DNA of 63,735 nucleotides, filler included, from Lenisia limosa (lineage: Eukaryota > Protista > Breviatea), in NCBI GenBank assembly GCA_001655205.1. It is 13 parts of 13 records of this genome, joined end to end, with 100 filler letters (N's around TTAATTAATTAA, not from the genome) between each part and the next. Parts side by side here need not be neighbours in the genome. Positions count along the whole stretch, not along the records: positions 9,120 to 11,082 come from LPNZ01008637.1; positions 11,183 to 12,556 come from LPNZ01004142.1; positions 12,657 to 14,701 come from LPNZ01011149.1; positions 14,802 to 18,626 come from LPNZ01003177.1; positions 18,727 to 30,444 come from LPNZ01010245.1; 8 more parts are not named here. One strand, written 5' to 3'. A model generated the notes under the pieces. That model had not been told where the DNA came from and searched no databases. It was given only the letters and a program-made list of their open reading frames with translations. Made by a program: the position numbers and the translations under genes. This document shows positions 10,314 to 22,870 of the stretch, in pieces. How positions within the stretch are numbered: position 1 is the stretch's first letter; every line of letters begins with the position of its first letter.

Positions 10314-12984
10314 GTTTGCCCTGAGATTCCCCAGTAAATAGTGGGATTCCTTTTATCAGAATCCCAAGCTATTACAACCTTTTTATAAGAATCCCATGTT
10401 AATGCTCCGAAATACAGAGAGCCTTATGGTTCCTAAAAGATAGGAATTCCAATGGATATTTTACTGGTCTGAAATTCTCCAATTTCACCCCCCCCCCCCC
10501 CCNNNNNNNNNNNNNNNNNNNNNNNNNNNNNNNNNNNNNNNNNNNNNNNNNNNNNNNNNNNNNNNNNNNNNNNNNNNNNNNNNNNNNNNNNNNNNNNNNN
10601 NNNNNNNNNNNNNNNNNNNNNNNNNNNNNNNNNNNNNNNNNNNNNNNNNNNNNNNNNNNNNNNNNNNNNNNNNNNNNNNNNNNNNNNNNNNNNNNNNNNN
10701 NNNNNNNNNNNNNNNNNNNNNNNNNNNNNNNNNNNNNNNNNNNNNNNNNNNNNNNNNNNNNNNNNNNNNNNNNNNNNNNNNNNNNNNNNNNNNNNNNNNN
10801 NNNNNNNNNNNNNNNNNNNNNNNNNNNNNNNNNNNNNNNNNNNNNNNNNNNNNGGATTTATCGAGCAAATCAGTCTTTTTTAACCAAGTGAAGCCCGAGG
10901 GATAAGTAGTTTTGATTGGTTTGGGGGGGTAGGCCTACCTTCACTTCGGTTCTTAAAAAGACTGAATTTCTTGATAAATCCTCGAAAACTATCGATATAT
11001 TCCGACTTTTTCGAACTGAAGTGAAACCCTAGTGGGGGGGTGTATTTATTCTTTGTTGAGTTATATTATCCCCTTGTAGTTGNNNNNNNNNNNNNNNNNN
11101 NNNNNNNNNNNNNNNNNNNNNNNNNNTTAATTAATTAANNNNNNNNNNNNNNNNNNNNNNNNNNNNNNNNNNNNNNNNNNNNCGTTTTCTCAACCATCTA
11201 GCCATCGTCGTGGTGGTTGCGTGTATATTACTGTTTTGTGCAATAGGTCTAATTTATTTCTACTCTAGTTAGCTGTTAATGGCGGTTACAGGGAGACAAT
11301 GCTGAGGGGAATAAACGTAGGAGGAATATAGTGTTCTTACTTTTATAATATATGCTATATAATTATATATATATGATCATATTATATCGATATACTAGTT
11401 ATATAGTATATGATACTATATCATATGTAGTATCTTCAAGAATAACACGTTAGTTTTCGAACAGGTAGCCCATAATTTATGAATCAAGAGGAATAGGGAC
11501 AAAAATGAACACTTACACAAATCTTACTATTTTTGTGATTTTTAAAGGAAGTATTTCAGCAACCAAAAAAGGCCCCAAAAAATGTCACCTTTTCTGGCAC
11601 TTTGACCCCCCATATTATAGAAAAATCATACATTACCCGGGTAAACAGAGTCAAAAAAGAAACAGGCACATTAGCTCCGAGCGTTCACTCGGTACGGTTG
11701 GGGGCAGTGAGCGGGTCGCCCCATTTGGTCCAGGCAATGTCACGCCCGACAGATTTCACTAAAAGCAATTAGAGGCGCTGAACCAGAATGAAACTGCCGA
11801 ATGTAAGGATTCCTGGATTTTTAGTATTGTTTGCGCTCTGCTGAACAAGAATATAATTAGGCAAACGAAGGGGAATTTTGAGGTTAGTAAGATATCTTCA
11901 ACTCGAGCAATTATCTTTTATTGTTCAACCACATCAAAAGCAGACCTAAAAAAACAGCACGCTCAAACACTGACTGTTATTAAAAACGAAACTATTAAAT
12001 AAACACTATAAAACCTGTCAGAGCATGATTAAGAAGAAAACTGACAAAACTATTTAAAAAAAACAGTTACGCATTCTTTCTGATTCCCTGTACCCCCACC
12101 TCTCATTTTGAGGCAGTTGCGGCAGATCTGACGATCATCGTCAATGCAAGGTTTGTTCTCTGAATTTGTTACTTGGGCTTCGGTTCGAAAAACACCAGTA
12201 AAATATCGATAATTTTCGAAGATTTATCGAGAAATTCTGTCTTTTTTTTAAACCGAAGTGAAGAGTGAAGCCTTAATTGTTAATAATCCACAAATGTGAA
12301 GTCAATAACCACTTCCCATCATCGCATAACACTTCCAGAAAGTTAGTAAGCACAAGCCACACCACATAAAGCTGGTATATTTAAATACCTATCCATAAAT
12401 ATCAATATTGTAACGGTCTTTTTTGGACCGCGGACGCCCTAATCAGAAAGTTGGTAAAACCCCCACCGTAAAGCTGGTACAACGGGCGGTATTCCATAGC
12501 AGTGAGGAGTGGCATAAGAACATTAGCGCCTCTTAGGAGACTGCCTTCACGGCCGGNNNNNNNNNNNNNNNNNNNNNNNNNNNNNNNNNNNNNNNNNNNN
12601 TTAATTAATTAANNNNNNNNNNNNNNNNNNNNNNNNNNNNNNNNNNNNNNNNNNNNTGCTAATCGTCATTTTAGGAGCCCGGTAAGGGAGGCCCACATGA
12701 CAGGGGTCTACTCTGGGCTTTCTTGCTACTCAGGTTAGTGCTGGTTATACGCGTGTATCTTGCTTCATATGCATGAGCTTTCTCTATATTTAATAATTAT
12801 ATCTTGGGCTTCCCTATGGTCCCAAAAAGACCATCAAAATATCGATATTTATCGAGAATTTATCGAGAAATTAGGTCTTTTTTTGGGTCCGTAGGGAAGC
12901 CCTAATTATCTCTAGTTCAAATACATGTACTTGTCACTTTTAAAGAGTTTCAGCAGAAATATTTTAACAGTAATGTCAACAAAA

Positions 12985-14700
12985 CTACCAAAAGAAGATT
13001 AAAAAAATAAACAAACGACCCCCCCCACGTTTCTTTTCCTTCGGCGTTTTAGGAGCCCGGGGCGCCCTCGGGGCCTTTTCCTTTGCCTCCTGCCGGCGGC
13101 GCGGCTTCTTCTTTGGAAGAGCATCGGGAATCTCCTCATCTGAACCAGGTTCGGGAAGTTCCGACAGGGCAGGAGGCTCGGCTGCCTTGCCACGTTTACG
13201 CTGCCGGGTTTGATATTTCGAAGTTGGCGGCGACGCGGGCATGGCGTCGGGAGCCCGTGCCGGCGTCATGTCGNNNNNNNNNNNNNNNNNNNNNNNNNNN
13301 NNNNNNNNNNNNNNNNGGAGGCTCAGTTTGAGAGTATCATCCTCAAGGGCTTTGGCTCGGATTTCAAGCCGTTCCGTCATCTTAATTTCGGCTTCCTTGG
13401 CCTTCTCCACGGCATCCAAGAGGTGCTGGTCCAGCTCGGCCTGGGTCATTTGGGCCGGGTCCTTGAGGGGTGCGGATGATGATGACGTCACGGCGGGCGG
13501 GATGGGTTGTTCAGTTCGGTTTCGTTCTTCGAAATCCTTCTCGTCCATTGCGAGTTGATAGTCTTCTTCGTTTTCGTCGTCTAGGTCATCTTCCTTGAAC
13601 TCCGAGCCGTCAGTGATCATGGCGTCGTCAAAGATCGGCTCTTCAGCCATCACAATCGTTTCTTGTGGCGCGAGGCTATGTGGCACTGCTTGTCGAAGGG
13701 CCGTGTCTTCTTCCTTCTTTTCCTCTTCTTCTTTCTTCTCCACTACTTCCTTCTTTTCCTCTTCTTCTTCCTTCTTTTCCTCTACTTCCTTCTTCTCAAC
13801 TTCTTCCATCTCAGCTTCTTCTTTTTTCTCCTCTTTCTCAACTTCTTCCTTCTTCTCTTCCTTCTCAACTCCTTCCTTCTCAGCTTCTTCCATCTTCTCT
13901 TCCTTTTCAGCTTCTTCCTTCTTCTCTTCCTTCTCAGTTTCTTCCTTCTTCTCTTCCTTCTCAGCTTCTTCCTTTTTCTTCTCTTCTTCCATATCCTTCT
14001 TCTCAACTTCTTCCTTCTTCTTCCCTTCTTCCATATCCATCTTCTCTTTTTCCTTCTTATCAACTTCCTCTTTTTTCTCTTCTTCCTTCTTCTTCACTTC
14101 TTCCTTCTTCTTCTTTTCCACTTCCTTCTCCTTCCCCTCAATGGGACTCACAACCGCGCTGGTGTTCAGAAGTTCAACTGGCGGGATGTCAAGAATTCCA
14201 CCGACCGGCGGCGGCGGCGGAGACAGAAGTGCCGAGCCGGGGAGGGACAACTTCGGGGTACTCAGGGGCGGCGGCGAGCGGAATGAGATTGGCGATAGGT
14301 TGGCGATGGGGGGCTGAGGGATGGCGGCTTGCGCTTTCGGGGGAATGAGGCTGGGGGAGGCGACTTCGGCGACTTTTACGGGTTTTTTCTTGGGGGTGTG
14401 AAGCGCAGGGGCCACGAGAATCGGAATGGGTTGCACGGGAGTTGTGGGCGGCATGACCGTAACCGACGGAAGCGGCATCGGAACGGCGGTTATCGCTTCC
14501 GGTGCCGGCGCGGGCTTAGTTTTTCGAGGCCTCCCGCGGGTTTTGGAACCTGGGGTGGCCGGCCCGGTGATTTTGGGAGTTTTTGGTTTTGGTGCAGCGT
14601 GGGGAGGAGGAGGAGATTTGATCTGCCTAGGTTTTGGGGGGAGGTCAAGAGCAGGGCAGATGCTGCGCTTTTTCGAGGACTTGTTTGATTTACTGAGAAG
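12985..14700 (-). CDS. Large exon of a low-complexity Pro-rich / Glu-Lys-rich protein with an AT-hook-like motif; 5' end lost at contig end
   Basis: The 497-aa ORF stays open upstream to the gap at 14701 (..PGSKTRGRPRKTKPAP..). It has a long EK-repeat block and a probable donor (AAAC|gtgggg) near 13030. Confidence 0.65.
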   Translation of the reverse strand, partial: LLSKSNKSSKKRSICPALDLPPKPRQIKSPPPPHAAPKPKTPKITGPATPGSKTRGRPRKTKPAPAPEAITAVPMPLPSVTVMPPTTPVQPIPILVAPALHTPKKKPVKVAEVASPSLIPPKAQAAIPQPPIANLSPISFRSPPPLSTPKLSLPGSALLSPPPPPVGGILDIPPVELLNTSAVVSPIEGKEKEVEKKKKEEVKKKEEEKKEEVDKKEKEKMDMEEGKKKEEVEKKDMEEEKKKEEAEKEEKKEETEKEEKKEEAEKEEKMEEAEKEGVEKEEKKEEVEKEEKKEEAEMEEVEKKEVEEKKEEEEEKKEVVEKKEEEEKKEEDTALRQAVPHSLAPQETIVMAEEPIFDDAMITDGSEFKEDDLDDENEEDYQLAMDEKDFEERNRTEQPIPPAVTSSSSAPLKDPAQMTQAELDQHLLDAVEKAKEAEIKMTERLEIRAKALEDDTLKLSLXXXXXXXXXXXXXXXDMTPARAPDAMPASPPTSKYQTRQRKRGKAAEPPALSELPEPGSDEEIPDALPKKKPRRRQEAKEKAPRAPRAPKTPKEKKRGGGRLFIFLIFFW

Positions 14701-14801
14701 GNNNNNNNNNNNNNNNNNNNNNNNNNNNNNNNNNNNNNNNNNNNNTTAATTAATTAANNNNNNNNNNNNNNNNNNNNNNNNNNNNNNNNNNNNNNNNNNN
14801 N

Positions 14802-17170
14802 AAGAGTAGTGAACTTCTCAGGCTGAAGACGTGAATCAGAGGCATCGTTATATTGTACAGTATTAGTATAATGCATATCGATATGTACAGTATAAGAGTA
14901 ATATATCATATCTATATGTAGAGATGAGGAATAAAACAAGGTTGTATCTGGCCGAAGCCATCCACACCATCACTTTGTATCACTTTGATGGGGGATTTTG
15001 GATAATATATTAATTCAATCATTTGCCTTACAACTCTGTCCGCACAATCTGAAATATTGTACATGTACCGATAATATCGATATTTTACCAGTTTTTTCCG
15101 GATCGTTAGGAAGCTCCAAGACCCACCCACGCTGATTAAGGGAATCTCAACAACCTCTCTGAGCTTCTCGATTTGGTCCTTCATGCCTCCAACATCAGCG
15201 TAAGTCACATCAGGCTTTTCTGCATCGATTACATTTTTGAAAATGGGAAATGTTGTCATATTACAATATGCACGAATTTGGTACTCTCAATATTGGAAAG
15301 TATTCAAAGTTGTTTCATTGCATGGAATTACACAGAAAAGAAGTACTAATCAAACGCTGATTTGAACTCCAAAGCTTCATACACTTCAAACCCAGAGTTT
15401 GTATTGGATATTTATTCTTGTCCTTCAAAAAAATCAACGCCTTGACCAACCTTCAACCTCCATCAGCGACACGGTAGGATCGATCTTAGGGGGAAGAGGG
15501 ATTTGGATGGTGTATTTACTCCTTTCAACTCTGCCAAACAATGAGAAAAAGAAACTGTATCAACTTGCGAAACAGTGAAAAAAAGAAACAGTTCCAACTC
15601 TGCAAAACAATGAGAGAAAGATGGAAGTTATGAGATTTCCAGAAATCCACAGCCACTCCAAGGTGAATTGTTTCCTTGATTAAAAAGGTTCATCATATAT
15701 TCAAAATGAGCGCTCACTGATGAAGGAAAGCCCCACATATGACCAATCCCCATGTAAATTGATCCACCCATCCCTCATACCCGACGCGCATGCCGTCTTC
15801 AACATCTGTGGAGGCAACCTTTGGGGTCAGTGTTTTTTTTGTTTGAGGAGATCGCTGGGATCCCAGAGATATTGGGAGCAAGTCCGTGTTAAGAGAGGCG
15901 ATAAAGAAAGGTATAGGTGTGCTGTTGGTATATGGTGTCCCTATGTATTAGCTATCAAAAAAGGAAAAAAAAAAACGAATTGGGATACGGAAGGCAGAAT
16001 TGGCGAAGTGCAAATGGGTACTTCTCTTTATACGAATATATATATATAAAACAAGATGGTAACTAGCAGAAGACGTCCCCACCATCCCCCCCCCCTCCCT
16101 CTGAAATCACTACCTGTTTCAAAGAACAGTTGTTTTCAAAGAATAAATAATCCACTACTGTTTTTCCAGAAACCAATGAATATTATAAGAAACTATTATT
16201 CCACCATACCTGTTTGCCGAGGCCTACGACGTATTTTGCCTCCTGCCGCAAGTTGATGACGAACTTTGGAGAGTCTGTGTCGGTGTCTATGGACTGCACG
16301 ATTCGGGCAACCTGAGCGGTTAGTTAACACTTAACACTACGGACCAACTTAGGAATTTCTTCAGATTTGCAAATATTATACAAGATAACTTATTTTATCT
16401 ATACATTCTGGCTCCCCAAAAAGCACTCGGTACAATTCTGTGATCGATTTTCCGGAAGGAAATCCGATTTTGGTCATAGCTTACCATTGTCACTGTATGC
16501 AGGAATGGGAAATAAAAGGAAGTAATCTATGGTTCAATCCTCTCATTGAGAAGTACATTACTATGTTTTCAATCATGTGCTATAAATAGGGCTTGGAAAA
16601 AAAAAAGAAGACCAAATTTGTCGATGAATCCTCGAATATATCGATACACTGCTTATCACCATGTTTCGTTCTCAATTCGGTTCAAAGAGCCAGTTTAGTG
16701 AACCTTTATCGAAACGTCCTTGCCCATATTGATATCTTATTATTTATGGTTTAGCCAGCTAATGGGGGTGCAATATTATGTCTAGGAACAAAAAAAAAAA
16801 AACAGCGAGATAGTCCTACAAACCTGGAGAGGTCCTTCCTTTGGCATTGTTTGCTGGTCACGGTTCAGATCCCATTGTGATGGTGGCGCAAGTCCTGTAT
16901 CACTATCCTTGAGATCTAAACAGATTAGAGAGGACTGGGAAAAGGCTTCCCTGACTGGTAATGGTCTTGACTCTCTTTCGTAACTCCTCAACTTCCACTT
17001 CCCTCTCGGCAATGGATGCTGTATAAGGCCCATGTCCCTGTATTCAGTCAGAACTACCAATTTCCTTGAAGGATTTTGTGGAAACAACTTACATAGTACT
17101 TCAAAAGCCTGATCTCTCCTTCTGATAATGCTTTAAGGGGAGCATCATCCTTATCCTTCTCCATAGCCAT
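14802..17170 (-). CDS. PSMC2: 26S proteasome regulatory subunit 7 (RPT1), 5' part; truncated at contig linker
   Basis: Exons: [122 protein letters not shown]. Confidence 0.95.
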
Positions 17171-17465
17171 GGTGAGGGGCCTTCAACTGCAAAAAAACTG
17201 AGTAATAAAGACTTCTTAGGTATTAATTTTCAAGTAGTAGTCTATAAAATGAAAAGTTGATGGTTATTAACAGGAGTAATATAGCAAAAAGAGGCAGAGA
17301 GGCCCCCAGAAAAACAGTCACATTTTCAAATAGAATAATGGCCGCGCATGGCCGCGAGCTCTTGCTCAAATAAAATTTTCAAACGAAAATTGAGCCTTTT
17401 TTGAGTGAGTTGTGTAGTAAGGTGTTGATTAGATTGTAAAGAGATAGATTTCCTCTCTCCGTGAA

Positions 17466-18380
17466 ATGTCAACTACGTTTGCAACCTCCGGATCACCCCT
17501 TCTTCAGTGGGAATGGTGTTATATTTATTAAATACTGTAATATTCTGACGCAGGCTGACTTTTCACCAGGGGATTCTGGTCGCTGTCTGATTTGGACGAG
17601 AAGAAACGCAATGAGGCCATTGATTTCTTGGTTACCAGTGTAAAAGAGGCCCAAAGCAAGGTCGAGAACAAAACAGAGTATTCTGAGGTTGGTGACCTCG
17701 CTCTAACTGACCGTCTGGGGGCCTCTTCTCGCTTACCCTTCTGCAGGAGCTCAGATACTCCCTCAGAAGGCTTCTTAGGGGCGTGAGTTCCGGTGAGAAG
17801 GCCGCTCGTCAAGGCTTCTCAGCATGCCTATCCACGATCCTGTCTATCGAAGGTTTGTTCCCCTCCGCATGCCGTGTTAGCTGCTTATCTGTTGAGGGGT
17901 TTGGTCTTGTTTATGACGGGGTTTATGCATAGTAGTAACTGCGATTTAGATGTTTCATTGCGTGAGCGTTATTTAGTTTGGTAATGCCAAAAGGGATCGT
18001 ATTGTTGGTCTTACGATATTCTCTATTCGTTACTCTCATAATGCAACAAGAAAATTCGATATTCATTACTCTCATAATGCTATAAATGATTATGTTAGGG
18101 TTGATGGGATGCGGTGCTGCAGAAGCGGCCTGGGCTTTGNNNNNNNNNNNNNNNNNNNNNNNNNNNNNNNNNNNNNNNNNNNNNNNNNNNNNNNNNNNNN
18201 NNNNNNNNNNNNNNNNNNNNNNNNNNNNNNNNNNNNNNNNNNNNNNNNNNNNNNNNNNNNNNNNNTCATACATTTTCCAATTTTACCGCCTCCCCCCTAG
18301 AGCTTCCTCTTGACGCTGCCAAAGTCCTTGCCCAGGGACAGGAGCTCATTCCGCTGACCGGCACGGGCATGTCCAAGGCG
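17466..18380 (+). CDS. DNA polymerase phi / Pol5 / MYBBP1A-like nucleolar protein, 5' exons
   Basis: Spliced: FWSLSDLDEKKRNEAIDFLV..ELRYSLRRLLRGVSSGEKAARQGFSACLSTIL, matching the family motif YaL.RLirGlaS.re.AR.GFs.aL. Cut by the linker at 18671. Confidence 0.8.
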
Positions 18381-20015
18381 TAAGGCGGGGAGAGGGGGAT
18401 ATTGCATTTGAAAGCACCAGTAATCTTGAGAACTCTTCGTTTCAATACAATGCACAAGTTAGATATTTCATGTGAAGCCAGTTTCTTACCCCACTGGAAT
18501 GAAATACCCTCATTCTGCAGAAGCGACTGACCTGGACTTTGTTTGTTTGTTTTTACCAACGCTCGTGTGTTGTCTGCCAACAGCGTTGATTAAAATTTCC
18601 ACTCTTACCCCCCCTTGTGTTAGCTCNNNNNNNNNNNNNNNNNNNNNNNNNNNNNNNNNNNNNNNNNNNNTTAATTAATTAANNNNNNNNNNNNNNNNNN
18701 NNNNNNNNNNNNNNNNNNNNNNNNNNCCTGCTCCTGCCATCATTATCGGAGTCTTCGGGGTGATTGTGGTTGATCAAATAATATGGTATCTGGCTTTATT
18801 TTGGCTTTTCTATGCAACACTAACGATTTAAGCAACGACAACATCTTGTCTGAGGCTCCAACGGTGGAATCGATTACGGCCCAAATCGAGCTTGTTGGGG
18901 GGGGATCTCAATTGGTGGCAAGTGGGGTCTCCGTTGTGATTCAAGAATTACATATAGTACATAAGGGAAAATCTAAGGGAAACAAATAAATACAGGGGTA
19001 CTATAAACAAATTACCATAGCGCTACACCTCCACAATCAACCTGGTGACTTCATAGATGAAAATGCGGGTCCAAGAAGACGCTGCTGATGCTGCTGATTT
19101 GAGAAGGCGGAGAAAGGTGCGTTAGCGTTCTGGACAAATAGCAAAATTTCTGTGTAATTGCAATCTCATTCTTTTTTTTTTATCTCGTATCCCCATTTCT
19201 CCAATACATATACATATATCGATATGTATACTACTATATATAATCTTTCACCCATGCTTACCTCCTAGCGCTCCTCCAATAACCTTGTTGCGAGTACAGA
19301 GAAGGAGAAGGTGCCGCCCACTCCCAAGGTTGGCTTTTAATAATATTACTTTTTGGTTACATAAATATTGCTTGGTGCACAAAAAATCATGATGTTAGCT
19401 TTATTGGAATGGTGTATTTCTTAGCCTTTTCAACCATCCGATCCATTGTCTCACACCACTTCAGAAAGAGAAGAAGAAGCCCGTTCGTAAACCGAAAAGG
19501 AGGAGAAAATGGGATAGCGAGGAGGAGACGGAGGAAGATGATGATGAGGAGTATTTGGAGGAGTATAACTAGCCTCGTGGTTGTATATTATGTGTAGTTG
19601 TGTATTTTTAGTTTATTATTATGCATCATTTTGACTATTCCTTCGCAGTAACTCCTCTCCGAATAATCATTAAAAGGGACGTACATACATATTCAGGGGA
19701 AAACTCTCTATTGAGAGATACCGTTTCAACAGCCCCCTGACATTCATCTTGGTTTTACCGTGCGAGTTCATAAAGAGTCACTTTATTTCGCAATTCTCTG
19801 GACGAATTGAAAAGGGGATAATCTTTGGCTCATTAAAAAGGTTGCGAAAAAAACCTTTTATTTTTTCATTTTGTTCATACACTACCCACATTTTATATTT
19901 TTGACACTACCTCCTTTTTAGATGAGCCGATAATCGTGACATTCTTCCTCCTCCGCCCGAGCAAACCAAGGTTGATAATAACTTATAACCTTGCATAATA
20001 ATAATGAAGAGATAA

Positions 20016-22308
20016 TTAGAGCTCGTGACGAGGGATGTCTTCGATGTTCATGGAGGGAAGGTCAGCAAGGGCCTTGCGGATGATTTCAACGCAGTCGTCA
20101 AGCTGCTCGGCGGTGATGACGAGGGGAGGAGCAAGACGGATGATGTGATCGTGAGTGGGCTTGCAGAGGAGGCCGCGGTCAGCGAGGAGGAGGCAAAGAT
20201 GCCAGGCTAAGAGGGTGAGCAATTGGGAGACGGAGGAGGAAAGGACGAGAGAAGACATGAGATGATGCATACCCTTCTTCTTGCCGGTGGGGTCCATGGC
20301 CTTGTCGTCAATGACGATGGCGTTGAGGAGACCCTTACCGCGAACCTCAGTAATGTACTTGCACTTCATGTCAACAAGAGCCTTGAGCAGTTAACATCTG
20401 TACAGAGTGTTGTTGGCGAATATTTAACATGATAAATGTTGTTGTCAACCATGGAACAAGCCTCACCTTGCGGAAGCGTTGGCCAAGCTCGTCAGCGCGT
20501 TCGGCAAGCTTCTTGTCCTTAAGCTCTTTGAGGGCGGCCATGGCGACTGCGCAGGCAACGGGGTTACCACCGTAGGTGCTGGAGAGTGATGATTGTCGGA
20601 TTAATGGGGTGGACATGTTGGAGATTGGGAGGAAGCTTACGATCCGTGGCTCCCGGGGGCAAAGCAGAGCATAATCTCCTTGTTGGCGAGGACGGCGGAG
20701 ACGGGGTAGACACCACCAGAAAGGGCCTTGCCGAGGATGAGGACGTCAGGCTTGACACCTGGCAAGGTCAGGATTGTCGTGAGGAAATAGCGTCTGAGAT
20801 GGAGAGGAGGAAATAGCGTCTGAGATGGAGTGCTTACCGTCGTGGTCGACAGCGAGCATACGGCCAGTACGGGCAAGACCGGACTGGATCTCGTCGGCAA
20901 TGAAGAGGCAGTTGTGCTCCTCGCAAAGCTTCTTACAGGCGGTCAGGTAGCCGTCGTCGGGGCAGACAATACCGGCCTCACCCTGGGGTGTGAGAAAGGG
21001 GCTGAACTATGTTGAATTCTTTGATTACAGTAGAGGGGGGAAGAGAGGGTCAAAAGGACCTCAAGGGGTTAACGGAAGGATCAAGAAAAAAACAAGAAAA
21101 GAAGTGATCCAAAAGGTATCTCAGCATGAACAATAAGAATATCGTGAAATGCGTTAAAAGCAATAAATAAAGCTTCTGAGAGGACAGGGAAGAGGTGGAG
21201 AGGGGAAAGTCACCAAAAGTCAAGCCAACCTGGATGGGCTCGCAAAGGAAAGCAGCAACCTTCTTGCCGTGAGACTCAAGGGCGGTCTTGAGGGCCTCAA
21301 CGTTGTTGTACTCGACGGAATGGCCTTCGAGTCCGGGAACCTGGAAAAGTAAGTCAATATCACTTGGAAAACAATCGAAAGACAACGGAAAGACTGAGTC
21401 AAGTCCATAACTGTCAAAACTCGGACTAATAGTAGGAAAAAATTAACGCGCAACAAGGCCTAATTTTGAGAGCATAGGCCTTCAGAAAGCAATCGCGGCG
21501 GTGTAAAAGGGCCCAGCTTACGAAAGGACCGAAACCTTCACGGCAGTCGGGGTCTTGGGACATAGAGATGATAGCAGTGGAGCGACCATGGAAGTTGCCC
21601 TAAATGAGTCAACGGGAGCAGATTTCGGAGTAATAGACTTTGATTGGTGGGCGTTCGAACCTTGCAAGAGATAATGATAGCCTCGTTGGCGGGAATACCC
21701 TTCTTCTGGTAGCCCCAGGCGCGAGCGAGCTTGATAGCAGTCTCAACAGCCTCGGCACCACTAAAATGTGTCAGAATTTGAGGAATTGAAATGATAGTAG
21801 GAATCAAGCTCGAGCTCTATTTTTAATCTCCTCTTACGAGTTCATGGGGAGAACCATGTCGAAGTTGAAGAACTACAAGAGTGAAAAGACATCTCGAAAG
21901 TTCCAGGAATGAAATGTTTGGAAAACGGGAAAATCGTCGTCATTACTCACCTCAGTGATGTACTTGGCAAATTCACCGAGCTTGTCGTTGTAGAAGGCAC
22001 GAGAGGAAAGAGTGAGCTTCTTGGACTGTTCAATCATAGCATCAATGATAGCGGGACAGCAATGACCTTGGTTGACGGCACTAGAAAGGTTAGAAGGTCA
22101 AAGCTAGCTGGAAACCAACCTGTAAGCAGAAAGGAAGTCATAGTACTCCTTGCCTTCGGGGTCCTTAACCATGCAGCCATCAGCAGAAGCAAAGACCACC
22201 TAAATTGTGAGATAACCGTCAAAAAAAATCGGGGAAATTGCTTACAGGGAGGGGATGGTAGTTGTGAGCTGAGTGGTCGTGCTCGCGCTTGATGCAATCC
22301 ATAGACAT
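20016..22308 (-). CDS. OAT: Ornithine aminotransferase (class III PLP aminotransferase), about 12 exons, complete
   Basis: [110 protein letters not shown] (PLP Lys), [25 protein letters not shown]; stop TAA at 20016. Confidence 0.97.
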
Positions 22309-22870
22309 GATGATAATTTCACAGATGAAGGATTTTTTCGGAAAATTTGACTCCTTTTTATACTAACAGGGTTCCCCGGGGTACTTACGATATTAGAATG
22401 ACGTAATATCATAAAAACCCCATCTGAACCCGCCTGCGTCTTACTACCTCCGTAAGACGCAAGCCTCTGGGGGATCAGATGGTAAAAACCACGAAGTTAC
22501 CGTTACCCAGACCACAGACATCCTCTCATTCTTCCTTCCCAACTCCTTCCCTTGCTTTCTTGTAACTTTAAATTGCAGCTTTCTATTTGTTTTCTTCATT
22601 TTCACAACCTTTTCACCATCTCTCACCCATCTCTAACATCTAACGTGTATCCGCGTGAACACAAATACAAAAGCAAAACGACATGAATAATAAGAACGAA
22701 ACGTCAGACACCTTAAACATTAGTCACTGCGTTTGATTTGCAGCTTCGGTATCAGAGAGAGAACTACTGTGGTCAGTAAGGAAACAAAGCATAGGATAAA
22801 AAGACCAAGGGTAACGACCACGGGCTACCCACTTAGAAATTCGATCAGGCCAAGTTGAAGCCGGTTTCAG

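Noticed and set aside
13595-14348. Long + strand ORFs (Ser/Phe/Leu-rich, 207-240 aa)
   Set aside because: Antisense shadows of the EK-repeat exon on the minus strand.
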